From a virus: DNA of 23,054 bases. The DNA lies in the UHGV virus genome UHGV-1326467; one strand, 5' to 3'. The translations under genes were made by a program, and so were the position numbers. Below the pieces are notes generated by a model. That model saw only the letters and a list, made by a program, of their open reading frames with translations, ran no database searches and was not told the origin of the DNA. Positions 15,452 through 23,054 of this stretch are shown here, piece after piece. The first letter of the stretch is position 1. Each line of letters begins with the position of its first letter.

Positions 15452-16405
15452 ATGAGTCAGGAAGTACAAGAAGCTATGACCGCAGAAGAGCAAAATTTAA
15501 CAAAAAGCGTCAGCCCTTATTGCCTGGCACTTGAGGAACAGCGCCAGCGAAGTTCGCATTATTTGAAAGAAGTCGGGGATCAATGGCGTACCCCTGATCT
15601 GCTGTTCTGGGGCGTTAACGCTTTGTTTGGCCCGCTGGTGCTGGACCTGTTTGCAGACGACAGCAATACAAAATGCCCGGCATGGTATACCGCTGAAGAT
15701 AATGCGCTGACGCAGGACTGGTCTGGTCGTCTGGTAGAACTCGGAGGAGCGGCCTTTGCTAATCCGCCGTACAGCCGCTCGCAGTACCATGAAAAACAAG
15801 CCATCACTGGCATGACTCATATTATGAACTATACCGCCGAGCAGCGTGAAAAGGGTGGTCGTTACATTTACCTCGTGAAGTCAGCAACAAGTGAAACATG
15901 GTGGCCGGAATATGCCGATCACATCATGTTTATTCGTGGTCGTATTGGATTCGATCTCCCAACGTGGTTTGTGCCGGCCGACGAAAAGCAGAAGCCCACC
16001 AGCGCCTTCTTTGCTGGCGCTATCGTGATATTTGATAAGACATGGTGTGGGGAGCGCTTTAGCTATATCGATCGTATAGAGCTTGAGGCGAAAGGGCGCG
16101 CAAGTATGGCTTTGGCTGAGTTTGCTGCGGGAAAATTCCTGTCACCAGCTTCGCCAGTTCAGTCTCCTGAAGTGATCATCCCCGATGCTGTTGCATCACT
16201 AGCTGAGGCTGAATCCCGGATCTGGCCACTGGAAGTTGGTCTCGTCTTTGAACAGTTACAAGGCGCAGAGGATCTGGAATTCTCACAGCAGAACAAGCTG
16301 AAGGCCCACATTAACCAGTTGTGGCTGGAGCGGGTGCCCACCAGCGAAATCATTACCGTTGCTGGTGGTCTTGTCGGCAGCATGAGGGGGACCGCTCATG
16401 CGTGA
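15452..16405 (+). CDS. phage Dam-family DNA N6-adenine methyltransferase with C-terminal extension
   Basis: WRTPDLLFWGVNALFGPLVLDLFADDSN...AFANPPYS: NPPY catalytic motif and the typical phage Dam N-terminus, plus about 120 extra C-terminal residues. Confidence 0.8.
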   Translation: MSQEVQEAMTAEEQNLTKSVSPYCLALEEQRQRSSHYLKEVGDQWRTPDLLFWGVNALFGPLVLDLFADDSNTKCPAWYTAEDNALTQDWSGRLVELGGAAFANPPYSRSQYHEKQAITGMTHIMNYTAEQREKGGRYIYLVKSATSETWWPEYADHIMFIRGRIGFDLPTWFVPADEKQKPTSAFFAGAIVIFDKTWCGERFSYIDRIELEAKGRASMALAEFAAGKFLSPASPVQSPEVIIPDAVASLAEAESRIWPLEVGLVFEQLQGAEDLEFSQQNKLKAHINQLWLERVPTSEIITVAGGLVGSMRGTAHA

Positions 16406-18248
16406 GCTCATCGTAGACAACTTTGCGGGCGGTGGCGGTGCATCAACTGGGATAGAAATGGCGATCGGTCGTAGCGTTGATATTGCGATAAACCATGACG
16501 AAAACGCAGTGGCCATGCACCGAACTAACCATCCTGAGACGCTTCATTATTGTGAAAACGTTTTTGATGTTGACCCCTTGGCTGCGACAGGCGGGAAAGC
16601 TGTTGGGTTTGCGTGGTTTAGTCCGGATTGCACCCACTATTCAAAGGCCCGCGGCAGCAAGCCCGTCAAACGTGAGATCCGTGGTTTGGCCTGGGTATCT
16701 GTTCGCTGGGGATTGGATGTACGTCCTCGCGTGATGGCTCTTGAAAATGTTGAAGAATTTAAAACGTGGGGCCCGCTACTCTCTTGTGAGATGCGTCCTG
16801 ATCCTGAGCGTTCGGGTGAAACCTTCCAAGCATTTGTTGGAATGCTTTCTACTGGTATACCTGAGGATCATCCGGCGCTGTTCGAATGTTGCGAATTTCT
16901 CGGGATATCGCCGGATAGCAAACAAGCCAAACGGCTGATTGCTGGCCTCGGGTATAAGGTCGAATATCGCGAGCTTCGTGCCAGTGATTATGGTGCACCG
17001 ACGATCCGCAAGCGATTCTTCATGTTGATGCGTTGCGACGATAAACCCATTGTCTGGCCTGAGGCTTCGCATGGTGATCCTAAATCGGCCTCAGTGCTGA
17101 CAGGTAAACTGGCGCCATGGCGGACAGCAGCTGAATGCATCGACTGGTCCATTCCTGCACCATCGATATTTGACCGCAAAAAGCCGCTTGCAGTTAACAC
17201 GTTGAAGCGTATAGCTCGGGGTATCCAGAGATTTGTGGTCGATAGCGATAACCCATTCATCGTGAAATGCAACCATACCACGACACGCGGTAAATATGAT
17301 TGTTTCCGTGGACAGGAGTTGTATTCGCCAATACAGACAATCACCAAAACTCATGGTTACGCGTTGGCGGTACCTACTCTGGCACCGTTTATGGCTGGAA
17401 ATGGTGGTAGCCAGTACCAAGCTAAACCGCGCCCACTCAACAAACCAGTTCATACCATCCTAAAGCAATCCCGAGCATGCGTAGTTGCCCCGGTTATCGC
17501 CCGCCAGTTCGGTGCCAGCATTGGCCATCGGGCAGATGAGCCTAGCGCCACGATTACCGCTGGGGGTGGGGGAAAGTCTCAGTTAGTCACGGCCACGCTT
17601 ATTCAGATGGGGTATGGCGAACGGGTGGGGCAATCACCGCGGGTTCTAAATCTTGGTAAACCGTTGGGTACTGTTACAGCTGGGGGCAATAAGTTTGCCG
17701 TAACAACTGCGTTCCTGGCAAAACACTATGGCGGGAACTACACCGGTCCGGGCGTTGGGCTTGATGAGCCAGCTCACTCAGTGACTACAGTCGATCATCA
17801 CGCTCTTGTGACATCGCACCTGGTAAAACTGCGCGGTACCTGCCGTGATGGTCAGCGCACCGATGAACCGATGCCGACAATCACCGCAGGAGGTCAGCAT
17901 GTGGGAGAGATTAGCGCGCTGCTGGCGGCTAATGATTACGATGAGCGCCGTGCGGATCAAGTCAAAGAGTTCCTAAATTCGTTTGGCGTCAGCGAACTGG
18001 TGACGATTAAGGGCATTGTTTACCGGATTGTTGACATCGGAATGCGAATGCTACAGCCACATGAACTTTACCGCGCTCAGGGATTCCCGGACTGGTACAT
18101 CATCGACCGGGACTACCGCGGCGTGAAGTATTCGAAGGAAAAGCAAGTTGCGCGCTGCGGAAACGCCGTGCCGCCGCCGTTTGCTGAGGCGCTGGTTAGG
18201 GCCAATCTGCCGGAAATGTGCGTTAACAAACAGGAGCGAGCAGCATGA
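16398..18248 (+). CDS. DNA cytosine-5 methyltransferase, 616 aa, with a long repeated variable region
   Basis: Motif I FAGGGGAS, motif IV-like FSPDCTHYSKA, motif VI LENVEEF, motif X CGNAVPPPF. Four repeated modules between them, each containing a [ST][IV]T[AT][GV]-type core (TITAGGGG, GTVTAGGN, HSVTTVDH, PTITAGGQ). Confidence 0.85.
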   Translation: MRELIVDNFAGGGGASTGIEMAIGRSVDIAINHDENAVAMHRTNHPETLHYCENVFDVDPLAATGGKAVGFAWFSPDCTHYSKARGSKPVKREIRGLAWVSVRWGLDVRPRVMALENVEEFKTWGPLLSCEMRPDPERSGETFQAFVGMLSTGIPEDHPALFECCEFLGISPDSKQAKRLIAGLGYKVEYRELRASDYGAPTIRKRFFMLMRCDDKPIVWPEASHGDPKSASVLTGKLAPWRTAAECIDWSIPAPSIFDRKKPLAVNTLKRIARGIQRFVVDSDNPFIVKCNHTTTRGKYDCFRGQELYSPIQTITKTHGYALAVPTLAPFMAGNGGSQYQAKPRPLNKPVHTILKQSRACVVAPVIARQFGASIGHRADEPSATITAGGGGKSQLVTATLIQMGYGERVGQSPRVLNLGKPLGTVTAGGNKFAVTTAFLAKHYGGNYTGPGVGLDEPAHSVTTVDHHALVTSHLVKLRGTCRDGQRTDEPMPTITAGGQHVGEISALLAANDYDERRADQVKEFLNSFGVSELVTIKGIVYRIVDIGMRMLQPHELYRAQGFPDWYIIDRDYRGVKYSKEKQVARCGNAVPPPFAEALVRANLPEMCVNKQERAA

Positions 18249-18718
18249 TGAGGTTAACTCTCAGGCAGCAGGAGGTTCTGAACCTCCTGATCGAGTACCA
18301 ACGTAAGCATGGTTTCCCTCCTACCACTTACGAACTGACCGGCATGTTGGGGTGCCGGTCCCCCAATGCCGCAGCAACGCACCTCAAGGCGCTGGAGAGA
18401 AAAGGGGCCATCAAGATTACCCGCGGAGTTTCTCGCGGTATCAGTATCACCCCTTCGCTGTTGGCCAGAGAAATATCGGTCAATCTCAATAGCATCGTAA
18501 AAGTGAAACTTACTGCCGAAGCTCTAAGTTACATGAGAAGCCAGCACGAAGAGAATCGTATTCGGAAGCCGTGGTTATTTGGAGAGTTTGTTCCGCCAGC
18601 GACAGATGATGAGGGTTTTTCTAAGATGACTCTGTGGAGTCTCATGTCTGACCTGGGGCAACTCTGCTATTGCGGTGGCGACGTACCTTTCGAGCTAAAA
18701 ATGGTTCTGGAGGATTAA
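18245..18718 (+). CDS. LexA N-terminal DNA-binding domain protein lacking the S24 peptidase domain
   Basis: LRQQEVLNLLIEYQRKHGFPPTTYELTGMLGCRSPNAAATHLKALERKGAIKITRGVSRGI closely parallels the E. coli LexA DNA-binding domain as recalled; the about 80-aa C-terminus has no Ser/Lys peptidase motifs. ATGA overlap with the C5-methyltransferase stop. Confidence 0.75.
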   Translation: MMRLTLRQQEVLNLLIEYQRKHGFPPTTYELTGMLGCRSPNAAATHLKALERKGAIKITRGVSRGISITPSLLAREISVNLNSIVKVKLTAEALSYMRSQHEENRIRKPWLFGEFVPPATDDEGFSKMTLWSLMSDLGQLCYCGGDVPFELKMVLED

Positions 18719-19116
18719 TGAAATTTATTCTTCCATTCCCACCCAGCGTGAACACCTACTGGCGGTCCCCAAATAAGGGGCCCGCAAAAGGTAAACACCT
18801 TGTCAGTGCAGCCGGCCGTAAATTCAAACATGCAGTACGTTCAGCGATCATTGAGCAACTGCGTGCAATACCAAAACCATCTACCGCGCCAGCAGCTGTA
18901 GAAATTATTCTCTATCCGCCAGACTATCGCCGGCGTGACCTGGACAATTATAACAAGGCACTTCTTGATGCTTTGACTTATGCCGGTATCTGGGAGGACG
19001 ACAACCAGGTTAAGCGTATGGCTATTGAATGGGGTGAAATCGTCAAAGGAGGCAGGGTAGAAATCACCATAGTCTGCTATCAAAAAGTGGTGGATACATG
19101 TACAGCTGTGGGTTGA
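18718..19116 (+). CDS. rusA: RusA Holliday-junction resolvase
   Basis: MKFILPFPPSVNTYWR...DLDNYNKALLDALTYAGIWEDDNQV, the RusA signature; GGAGGA Shine-Dalgarno; start overlaps the upstream stop. Confidence 0.85.
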   Translation: MKFILPFPPSVNTYWRSPNKGPAKGKHLVSAAGRKFKHAVRSAIIEQLRAIPKPSTAPAAVEIILYPPDYRRRDLDNYNKALLDALTYAGIWEDDNQVKRMAIEWGEIVKGGRVEITIVCYQKVVDTCTAVG

Positions 19117-19204
19117 AAGTTCGCCGATATGGCAGTAATGTCAAAGAGTGCAAACGAAACGGGCGTGCAGGCCCTTCGTCACATAAAAATGTATGGAGAA
19201 AGCT

Positions 19205-20035
19205 ATGACTAACCACGTCATGGGTGCTGCTGCATCCAATAATCTCAATTTTTTTGTTATTGATGGTATTTCTGTTCGTCGTGATGTCCTTGGTCGTTAT
19301 TGCCTAAACGATCTCCATCGTGCTTCCGGCTCCCTTGACCGCCATAAGCCTGCATTCTGGCTCCGTAACGAACAAACTGCGCAATTGATAGGCGAGTTGC
19401 AAAATAGCAACTCGGATATTTCAGAACCTGTAAGTGTCATCCGCGGCGGAAATGAGCAAGGTACCTATGTTTGCCGTGAGTTGGTGTATGCCTACGCGAT
19501 GTGGATCAGCGCTGTTTTTAATCTGAAGGTCATCAGAACGTTTGACGCGCTCCACACTGCTGGGGCTGCAACCGTCAATACCGATCGCATTCAAGCCGGC
19601 ATAATCCTCCTGGAATCTGCAGCCAAAATGCTCAATCTCTCTAATTCGTCAAAGCTCGGGGCATATCAGAAGCTTCAGCAGGTAGCAGGGCTGCCTGATT
19701 TAATGCCTTCATATGCCATTGATGCACCAGCTGGCGCGCAGGATGGTTCCAGCAGACCAACGCTGTCTCTTAGCGCTTTGCTTAAAGCTAACAACATCAG
19801 AATGACCGCGAACCAGGCTTATCACCTTATGGCTGGTCACGGCATAGTCGAGCAGAAGGAGCGCCGCAGCCGAACGGGTATCAATGGCGTGAAAAGATTC
19901 TGGTCTGTTACGGCAAAAGGTTGTCTGTACGGTAAAAACATCACCAGCCCGGCAAATCCACGTGAGACGCAACCGCACTTCTTCGAATCGAAATTTCCTG
20001 AGCTTTTAAAGCTCATTGGCGTTGTCACGCAGTAA
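19205..20035 (+). CDS. KilA-N domain protein (anti-repressor-like)
   Basis: N-terminal KilA-N-like domain (FFVIDGISVRRDVLGRYCLNDLHRA...FWLRNEQTAQLIGEL...VYAYAMWIS); C-terminal domain unassigned. Confidence 0.6.
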   Translation: MTNHVMGAAASNNLNFFVIDGISVRRDVLGRYCLNDLHRASGSLDRHKPAFWLRNEQTAQLIGELQNSNSDISEPVSVIRGGNEQGTYVCRELVYAYAMWISAVFNLKVIRTFDALHTAGAATVNTDRIQAGIILLESAAKMLNLSNSSKLGAYQKLQQVAGLPDLMPSYAIDAPAGAQDGSSRPTLSLSALLKANNIRMTANQAYHLMAGHGIVEQKERRSRTGINGVKRFWSVTAKGCLYGKNITSPANPRETQPHFFESKFPELLKLIGVVTQ

Positions 20036-20038
20036 GGG

Positions 20039-20569
20039 GTGAACATGAGAATGACTCCCCCACACCTGCAACCAGTGCTTTCCAGGGTAAAGCGTTTTGT
20101 AGAGAGGCAACCAGAAGGCGCAACGCTAACCCACCTGACGCACAAAGTGGCGGCATACAGTGGGCTCAATCGCAAAGACAAAGAGACCCTGATCGAAATA
20201 ATCCGGGAAAGCGGGATGCTCTGCGTGATAGATGATGGAAGGTCTACTACCTTGCACCACCCGAAATATGGTCACAAATCTGTGGCGCCTGTAATGACAC
20301 CTCCTCAGCCGACGATGGAATGCAAAATGAATAAACAGCTCGAAGTAACTCCGGAAGCATTACGTAAACAGGCCGACGCCTTGATCAAAGCGGCAGAGGA
20401 AGCGGAGAAAAAAGCAGGGGATCGTGCAGAAATTAAGAAACAGCTCGATCCCTTGAAGTTGGAAATTCTCCAGGCATATGGAATGGCCAGCAGGAAGTTT
20501 GACGAGTTCGTAGATGCTATGGCTGAAGTTGGTAAAGCCGTGCAGAAGCTTAAAGATCTGACTGTTTAG
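20039..20569 (+). CDS. hypothetical protein (176 aa) with coiled-coil C-terminal half
   Basis: Uninterrupted ORF in the nin-like gene array; no recognisable motif. Confidence 0.45.
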   Translation: MNMRMTPPHLQPVLSRVKRFVERQPEGATLTHLTHKVAAYSGLNRKDKETLIEIIRESGMLCVIDDGRSTTLHHPKYGHKSVAPVMTPPQPTMECKMNKQLEVTPEALRKQADALIKAAEEAEKKAGDRAEIKKQLDPLKLEILQAYGMASRKFDEFVDAMAEVGKAVQKLKDLTV

Positions 20570-20577
20570 GGGGGATT

Positions 20578-21633
20578 GTGCGAGCATTGCTTACTCCGGA
20601 AATTGTGCCGCGCCTGGGCGTTGTTCTTTTCAAACCAGGCCGCGAATTGATGTCTCTCTTTACCGGCGGCCGTGTCCTGATAGAGCGTCAGCCAGAGAAA
20701 ATGAAAACACTGCCAACTGGGCGGATCGCCGATGCACGTCAGCCGCTTGCCGAAATGGACATTCTGCGTTTTTTCATGAGGGATGAGAGGGTTATTAACG
20801 CAGCTGGTGGAATAAACGCTCTTGAGGCTTGGCTTCTACGACATGTCAGAGAGTGCCAGTACCCGCATTCCCACTATCACCACCATGAATTAGTGACTAT
20901 GCGGCATCCGCCTGGCGCCATGGTTGTCTGCTGGCATTGTGATAATGAATTACGTGAGCAGACCACCGAAATGTTGTCAGAGCTGGCTTATCAGAATCTG
21001 GTTCAGTGGGTGATTGAAAGGGTGCTGATCAGCCTTGGATACAATAAGGAGCGCGAATTATCGATGGCGGAGCTCTGCTGGTGGGCTGTGAAATCCGGCA
21101 TTGCTGACGCAATAACCGAGACGATGGCGCAACAGGCCTTAAGACTGCCTGAGGAACCTTTCCTGTCCGTTTATAAGGATAGCGATATTGTCCCGTCATT
21201 TGCTGCAGGTGAAATCCTTCAGGATCTTGTTGAGGGCATAGACCTGGCGGACGTCAGAGTACTCATTGAGCAACCTCAGATTGAAAGTAAACCCATTCTG
21301 AGGCTTAGTGTCGATCCGAACAGCCCCGAATCATTTATGCGCCGCCCAAAGCGCCGGCGCTGGACCTGCGAAGTTTACACACGTTGGGTTAAAACTCAGC
21401 CATGTGAATGCTGTAGGCAACCATCAGACGATCCACACCATATAATAGGGAATGGTCTGGGGGGAACTGGCACCAAGGCCCATGATCTCTTCGTGATACC
21501 ACTGTGCAGAGTGCATCACGATGAATTACACGCCAATACATCAGAGTTCGAAAAGAAATATGGCACTCAGTTAGAGCTGTGGGCTCGTTTTCTGGATCGG
21601 GTAATGGGTATCGGCGTCATTGTAAAAGCTTGA
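20578..21633 (+). CDS. DUF968 (YdfU-like) protein with HNH-like Cys/His motif
   Basis: C-terminal CECCRQPSDDPHHIIGNG...LCRVHHDELH cluster; typical position between rusA and Q in lambdoid prophages. Apparent GTG start, so the start is uncertain. Confidence 0.55.
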   Translation: MRALLTPEIVPRLGVVLFKPGRELMSLFTGGRVLIERQPEKMKTLPTGRIADARQPLAEMDILRFFMRDERVINAAGGINALEAWLLRHVRECQYPHSHYHHHELVTMRHPPGAMVVCWHCDNELREQTTEMLSELAYQNLVQWVIERVLISLGYNKERELSMAELCWWAVKSGIADAITETMAQQALRLPEEPFLSVYKDSDIVPSFAAGEILQDLVEGIDLADVRVLIEQPQIESKPILRLSVDPNSPESFMRRPKRRRWTCEVYTRWVKTQPCECCRQPSDDPHHIIGNGLGGTGTKAHDLFVIPLCRVHHDELHANTSEFEKKYGTQLELWARFLDRVMGIGVIVKA

Positions 21634-21651
21634 GTGTATGGAGTACTGAGC

Positions 21652-22482
21652 ATGAATATTGAATCAATTCCCAAATTTTTCGCGCCCAAAGGAATGCATA
21701 TTTCCGATAGCGGTCGTGCAACCGCCAGCGAGCAACTCACTGTGACAGATGTAATGGCCGCACTGGGGATGACACAGGCAGAGGCAGGAATAGGCCTGTC
21801 AATGTTTTTGGGTAAAGCTGGAATCAGCGAACACGACAGAAAGGCATCCGTCAGTTGGTTGGCTGAATATGCAAAATCAAAAGCGCCTCGATCGATAAGA
21901 AAAGCAGCAGGGAAGAAGTTCCCGCTGTGTATGCTGATAATAGCTCGGTTCGCTTATAACGACTATGCCTCGTCTGCAGCTGACAGCGTAGATTGCAGGA
22001 AGTGTTCTGGTTCAGGCTTCATAAAAAAAACCTCAATGGTGGAAAAAAGCCACTACAAAATGAGATTACCGCAATGGGCAAAAGACCTCGGGCAGTCACC
22101 TTCGGATTTTGAAGTAAAACGTCAGGTGGAAGAGATTGACCATGTTCTCTGCTTCAAATGCGGCGGCACCGGGAAAATCAGCAAGCGATGCCAGTGTGGC
22201 GGTACGGGAAAAACCCTGGACCGTAAAGAGTCAGATCTGCAGGGAGTGCCTGTCTACAAAGTATGTAAACGTTGTGAAGGCCGCGGTTATAGTCGTCCTA
22301 AGTCTTCAAATGCTTACAGAGGTATGCTCTCTGAGCTGCCTGGTCTGCCAGAACGTACCTGGCGATACAGCTGGAAACCTTTCTATGAAAGTCTGGTTAC
22401 AAAATGCTTTGAGGAAGAGAGTTATACCGACTCACAACTTAAACGTGTGACAAAGGTGTCTGATTTGATAAATATCGCATAA
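21652..22482 (+). CDS. Q-like late antitermination protein
   Basis: Cys-rich zinc-binding motifs (CRKCSGSG, CFKCGGTG, CQCGGTG, CKRCEGRG) and position immediately upstream of the late promoter and terminator; ATG at 21652 with GGAG upstream is preferred over the GTG at 21634. Confidence 0.6.
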   Translation: MNIESIPKFFAPKGMHISDSGRATASEQLTVTDVMAALGMTQAEAGIGLSMFLGKAGISEHDRKASVSWLAEYAKSKAPRSIRKAAGKKFPLCMLIIARFAYNDYASSAADSVDCRKCSGSGFIKKTSMVEKSHYKMRLPQWAKDLGQSPSDFEVKRQVEEIDHVLCFKCGGTGKISKRCQCGGTGKTLDRKESDLQGVPVYKVCKRCEGRGYSRPKSSNAYRGMLSELPGLPERTWRYSWKPFYESLVTKCFEEESYTDSQLKRVTKVSDLINIA

Positions 22483-22496
22483 TTTAGCGACACGTT

Positions 22497-22540
22497 ACTT
22501 GCAAAGTTGCCGCTTTTGTGTAATTTTATCTATAACGATG
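22497..22540 (+). promoter_or_regulatory. candidate late promoter pR' (Q utilisation region)
   Basis: -35 TTGCAA (22499-22504) with -10 TAATTT (22521-22526), or alternatively TTGCCG with TATAAC (22531-22536); lies 15-60 nt after the Q stop and about 50 nt before a strong terminator. Confidence 0.4.
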
Positions 22541-22565
22541 GGCTTTGTATGTTCAACGTTGATTA

Positions 22566-22590
22566 ACCCGCCAGCGAGCGGGTTTTTTTA
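22566..22590 (+). terminator. rho-independent terminator tR' of the short late leader transcript
   Basis: Stem acccgc / gcgggt (6 bp), 6-nt loop, followed by TTTTTTT. Confidence 0.7.
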
Positions 22591-22692
22591 TGGGCTAAAA
22601 TCGATAAAATCTTCTTCTCTTTCAATTAGTTCTTGCTGGATACCGTCACCAGAGTTATCTGTATGTCACACCACTTATTTGAGGTAAAAGAC

Positions 22693-22884
22693 ATGCTAAA
22701 TCAGCAAGATATGACGGAAACAGCCAAGGCTGTTTTTGATGAGTTAAGTGACAAACCGGCTACGGCTGGGGAGATTGCTCAGAATACTCACCTGAGCCGC
22801 GAACGCTGCCAGCTCATACTTACGCAGCTGGTAATGGCGGGGTTATCTGATTATCAGTTCGGATGTTATAAGCGCCTCCAGTAA
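22693..22884 (+). CDS. small winged-helix regulator, PapI/FaeA-like
   Basis: 63 aa from the ATG at 22693 (GAGGT Shine-Dalgarno); ...ATAGEIAQNTHLSRERCQLILTQLVMAGL... parallels the PapI core ([29 protein letters not shown]) from memory. Confidence 0.4.
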   Translation: MLNQQDMTETAKAVFDELSDKPATAGEIAQNTHLSRERCQLILTQLVMAGLSDYQFGCYKRLQ

Positions 22885-23054
22885 TGGGGGCTTTTGCTGT
22901 GAAAATGGGCGGCTGGTGGGTGTTGTAGCACCCGACCAGCCATCAGCTCATGCTTTCAGGTCACAAGCTAACCACGGCCCACTGCTTTAGCGCAAAAGCA
23001 AAGTGAGCCTATCAGAGTTACGCTTACTGATCTATGAAAAATACTGTAAAAATA

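Noticed and set aside
15261-15455. 64-aa ORF between the PerC-like and Dam-family genes
   Set aside because: GTG start without a Shine-Dalgarno and an Arg/Leu/Trp-rich translation; probably intergenic sequence containing the methyltransferase promoter and RBS.
22136-22450. 104-aa ORF nested in the Q-like gene
   Set aside because: Same strand but out of frame and entirely internal to a gene with clear zinc-finger motifs; no independent start signals.

Overview
This window is the left half of a lambdoid (CPS-53/KplE1-like) prophage inserted into the 3' end of ssrA (tmRNA), plus about 2.9 kb of decayed host flank. Flank (1-2925): a 5'-truncated FkpA-like gene with in-frame 150-bp tandem repeats, a frameshifted and truncated PTS EIIC gene, a GNAT acetyltransferase, and the native ssrA 3' trailer with its terminator. 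Prophage (2926 to beyond the right edge): int-proximal att site (duplicated ssrA 3' end), int and xis, then a roughly 9 kb leftward early operon of translationally coupled genes (DUF550 NTP pyrophosphohydrolase, a TGT-fold protein, Ea22-like, N6/N4 methyltransferase, ParB-like, HD-domain YfdR-like, YfdQ-like, YfdP-like). Upstream of that operon lies about 1 kb of ORF-poor, strand-asymmetric sequence with tRNA T-arm-like hairpins and a terminator-like switch, preceded by a small arginine-rich N-like ORF next to pL/oL. The immunity region (cI, operators sharing CTTACATTTT half-sites, cro, CII-like) is followed by an O-like replication gene with internal iterons, a PerC-like regulator, a phage Dam-family N6A methyltransferase, a 616-aa C5-cytosine methyltransferase with four repeated modules, a LexA DNA-binding domain without a peptidase domain, RusA, a KilA-N protein, DUF968, a Q-like antiterminator, pR' and tR', and a small PapI/FaeA-like regulator. 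No CRISPR array, transposase, rRNA or complete tRNA/tmRNA gene was seen; structural and lysis genes and the second att site must lie beyond the right edge. The most unusual features are the ORF-poor pL leader segment, the Zn-domain-less TGT-fold (DpdA-like) protein, the four-methyltransferase complement and the LexA-DBD-only protein. All calls rest on reading the sequence and recalled family motifs; no database search was run.
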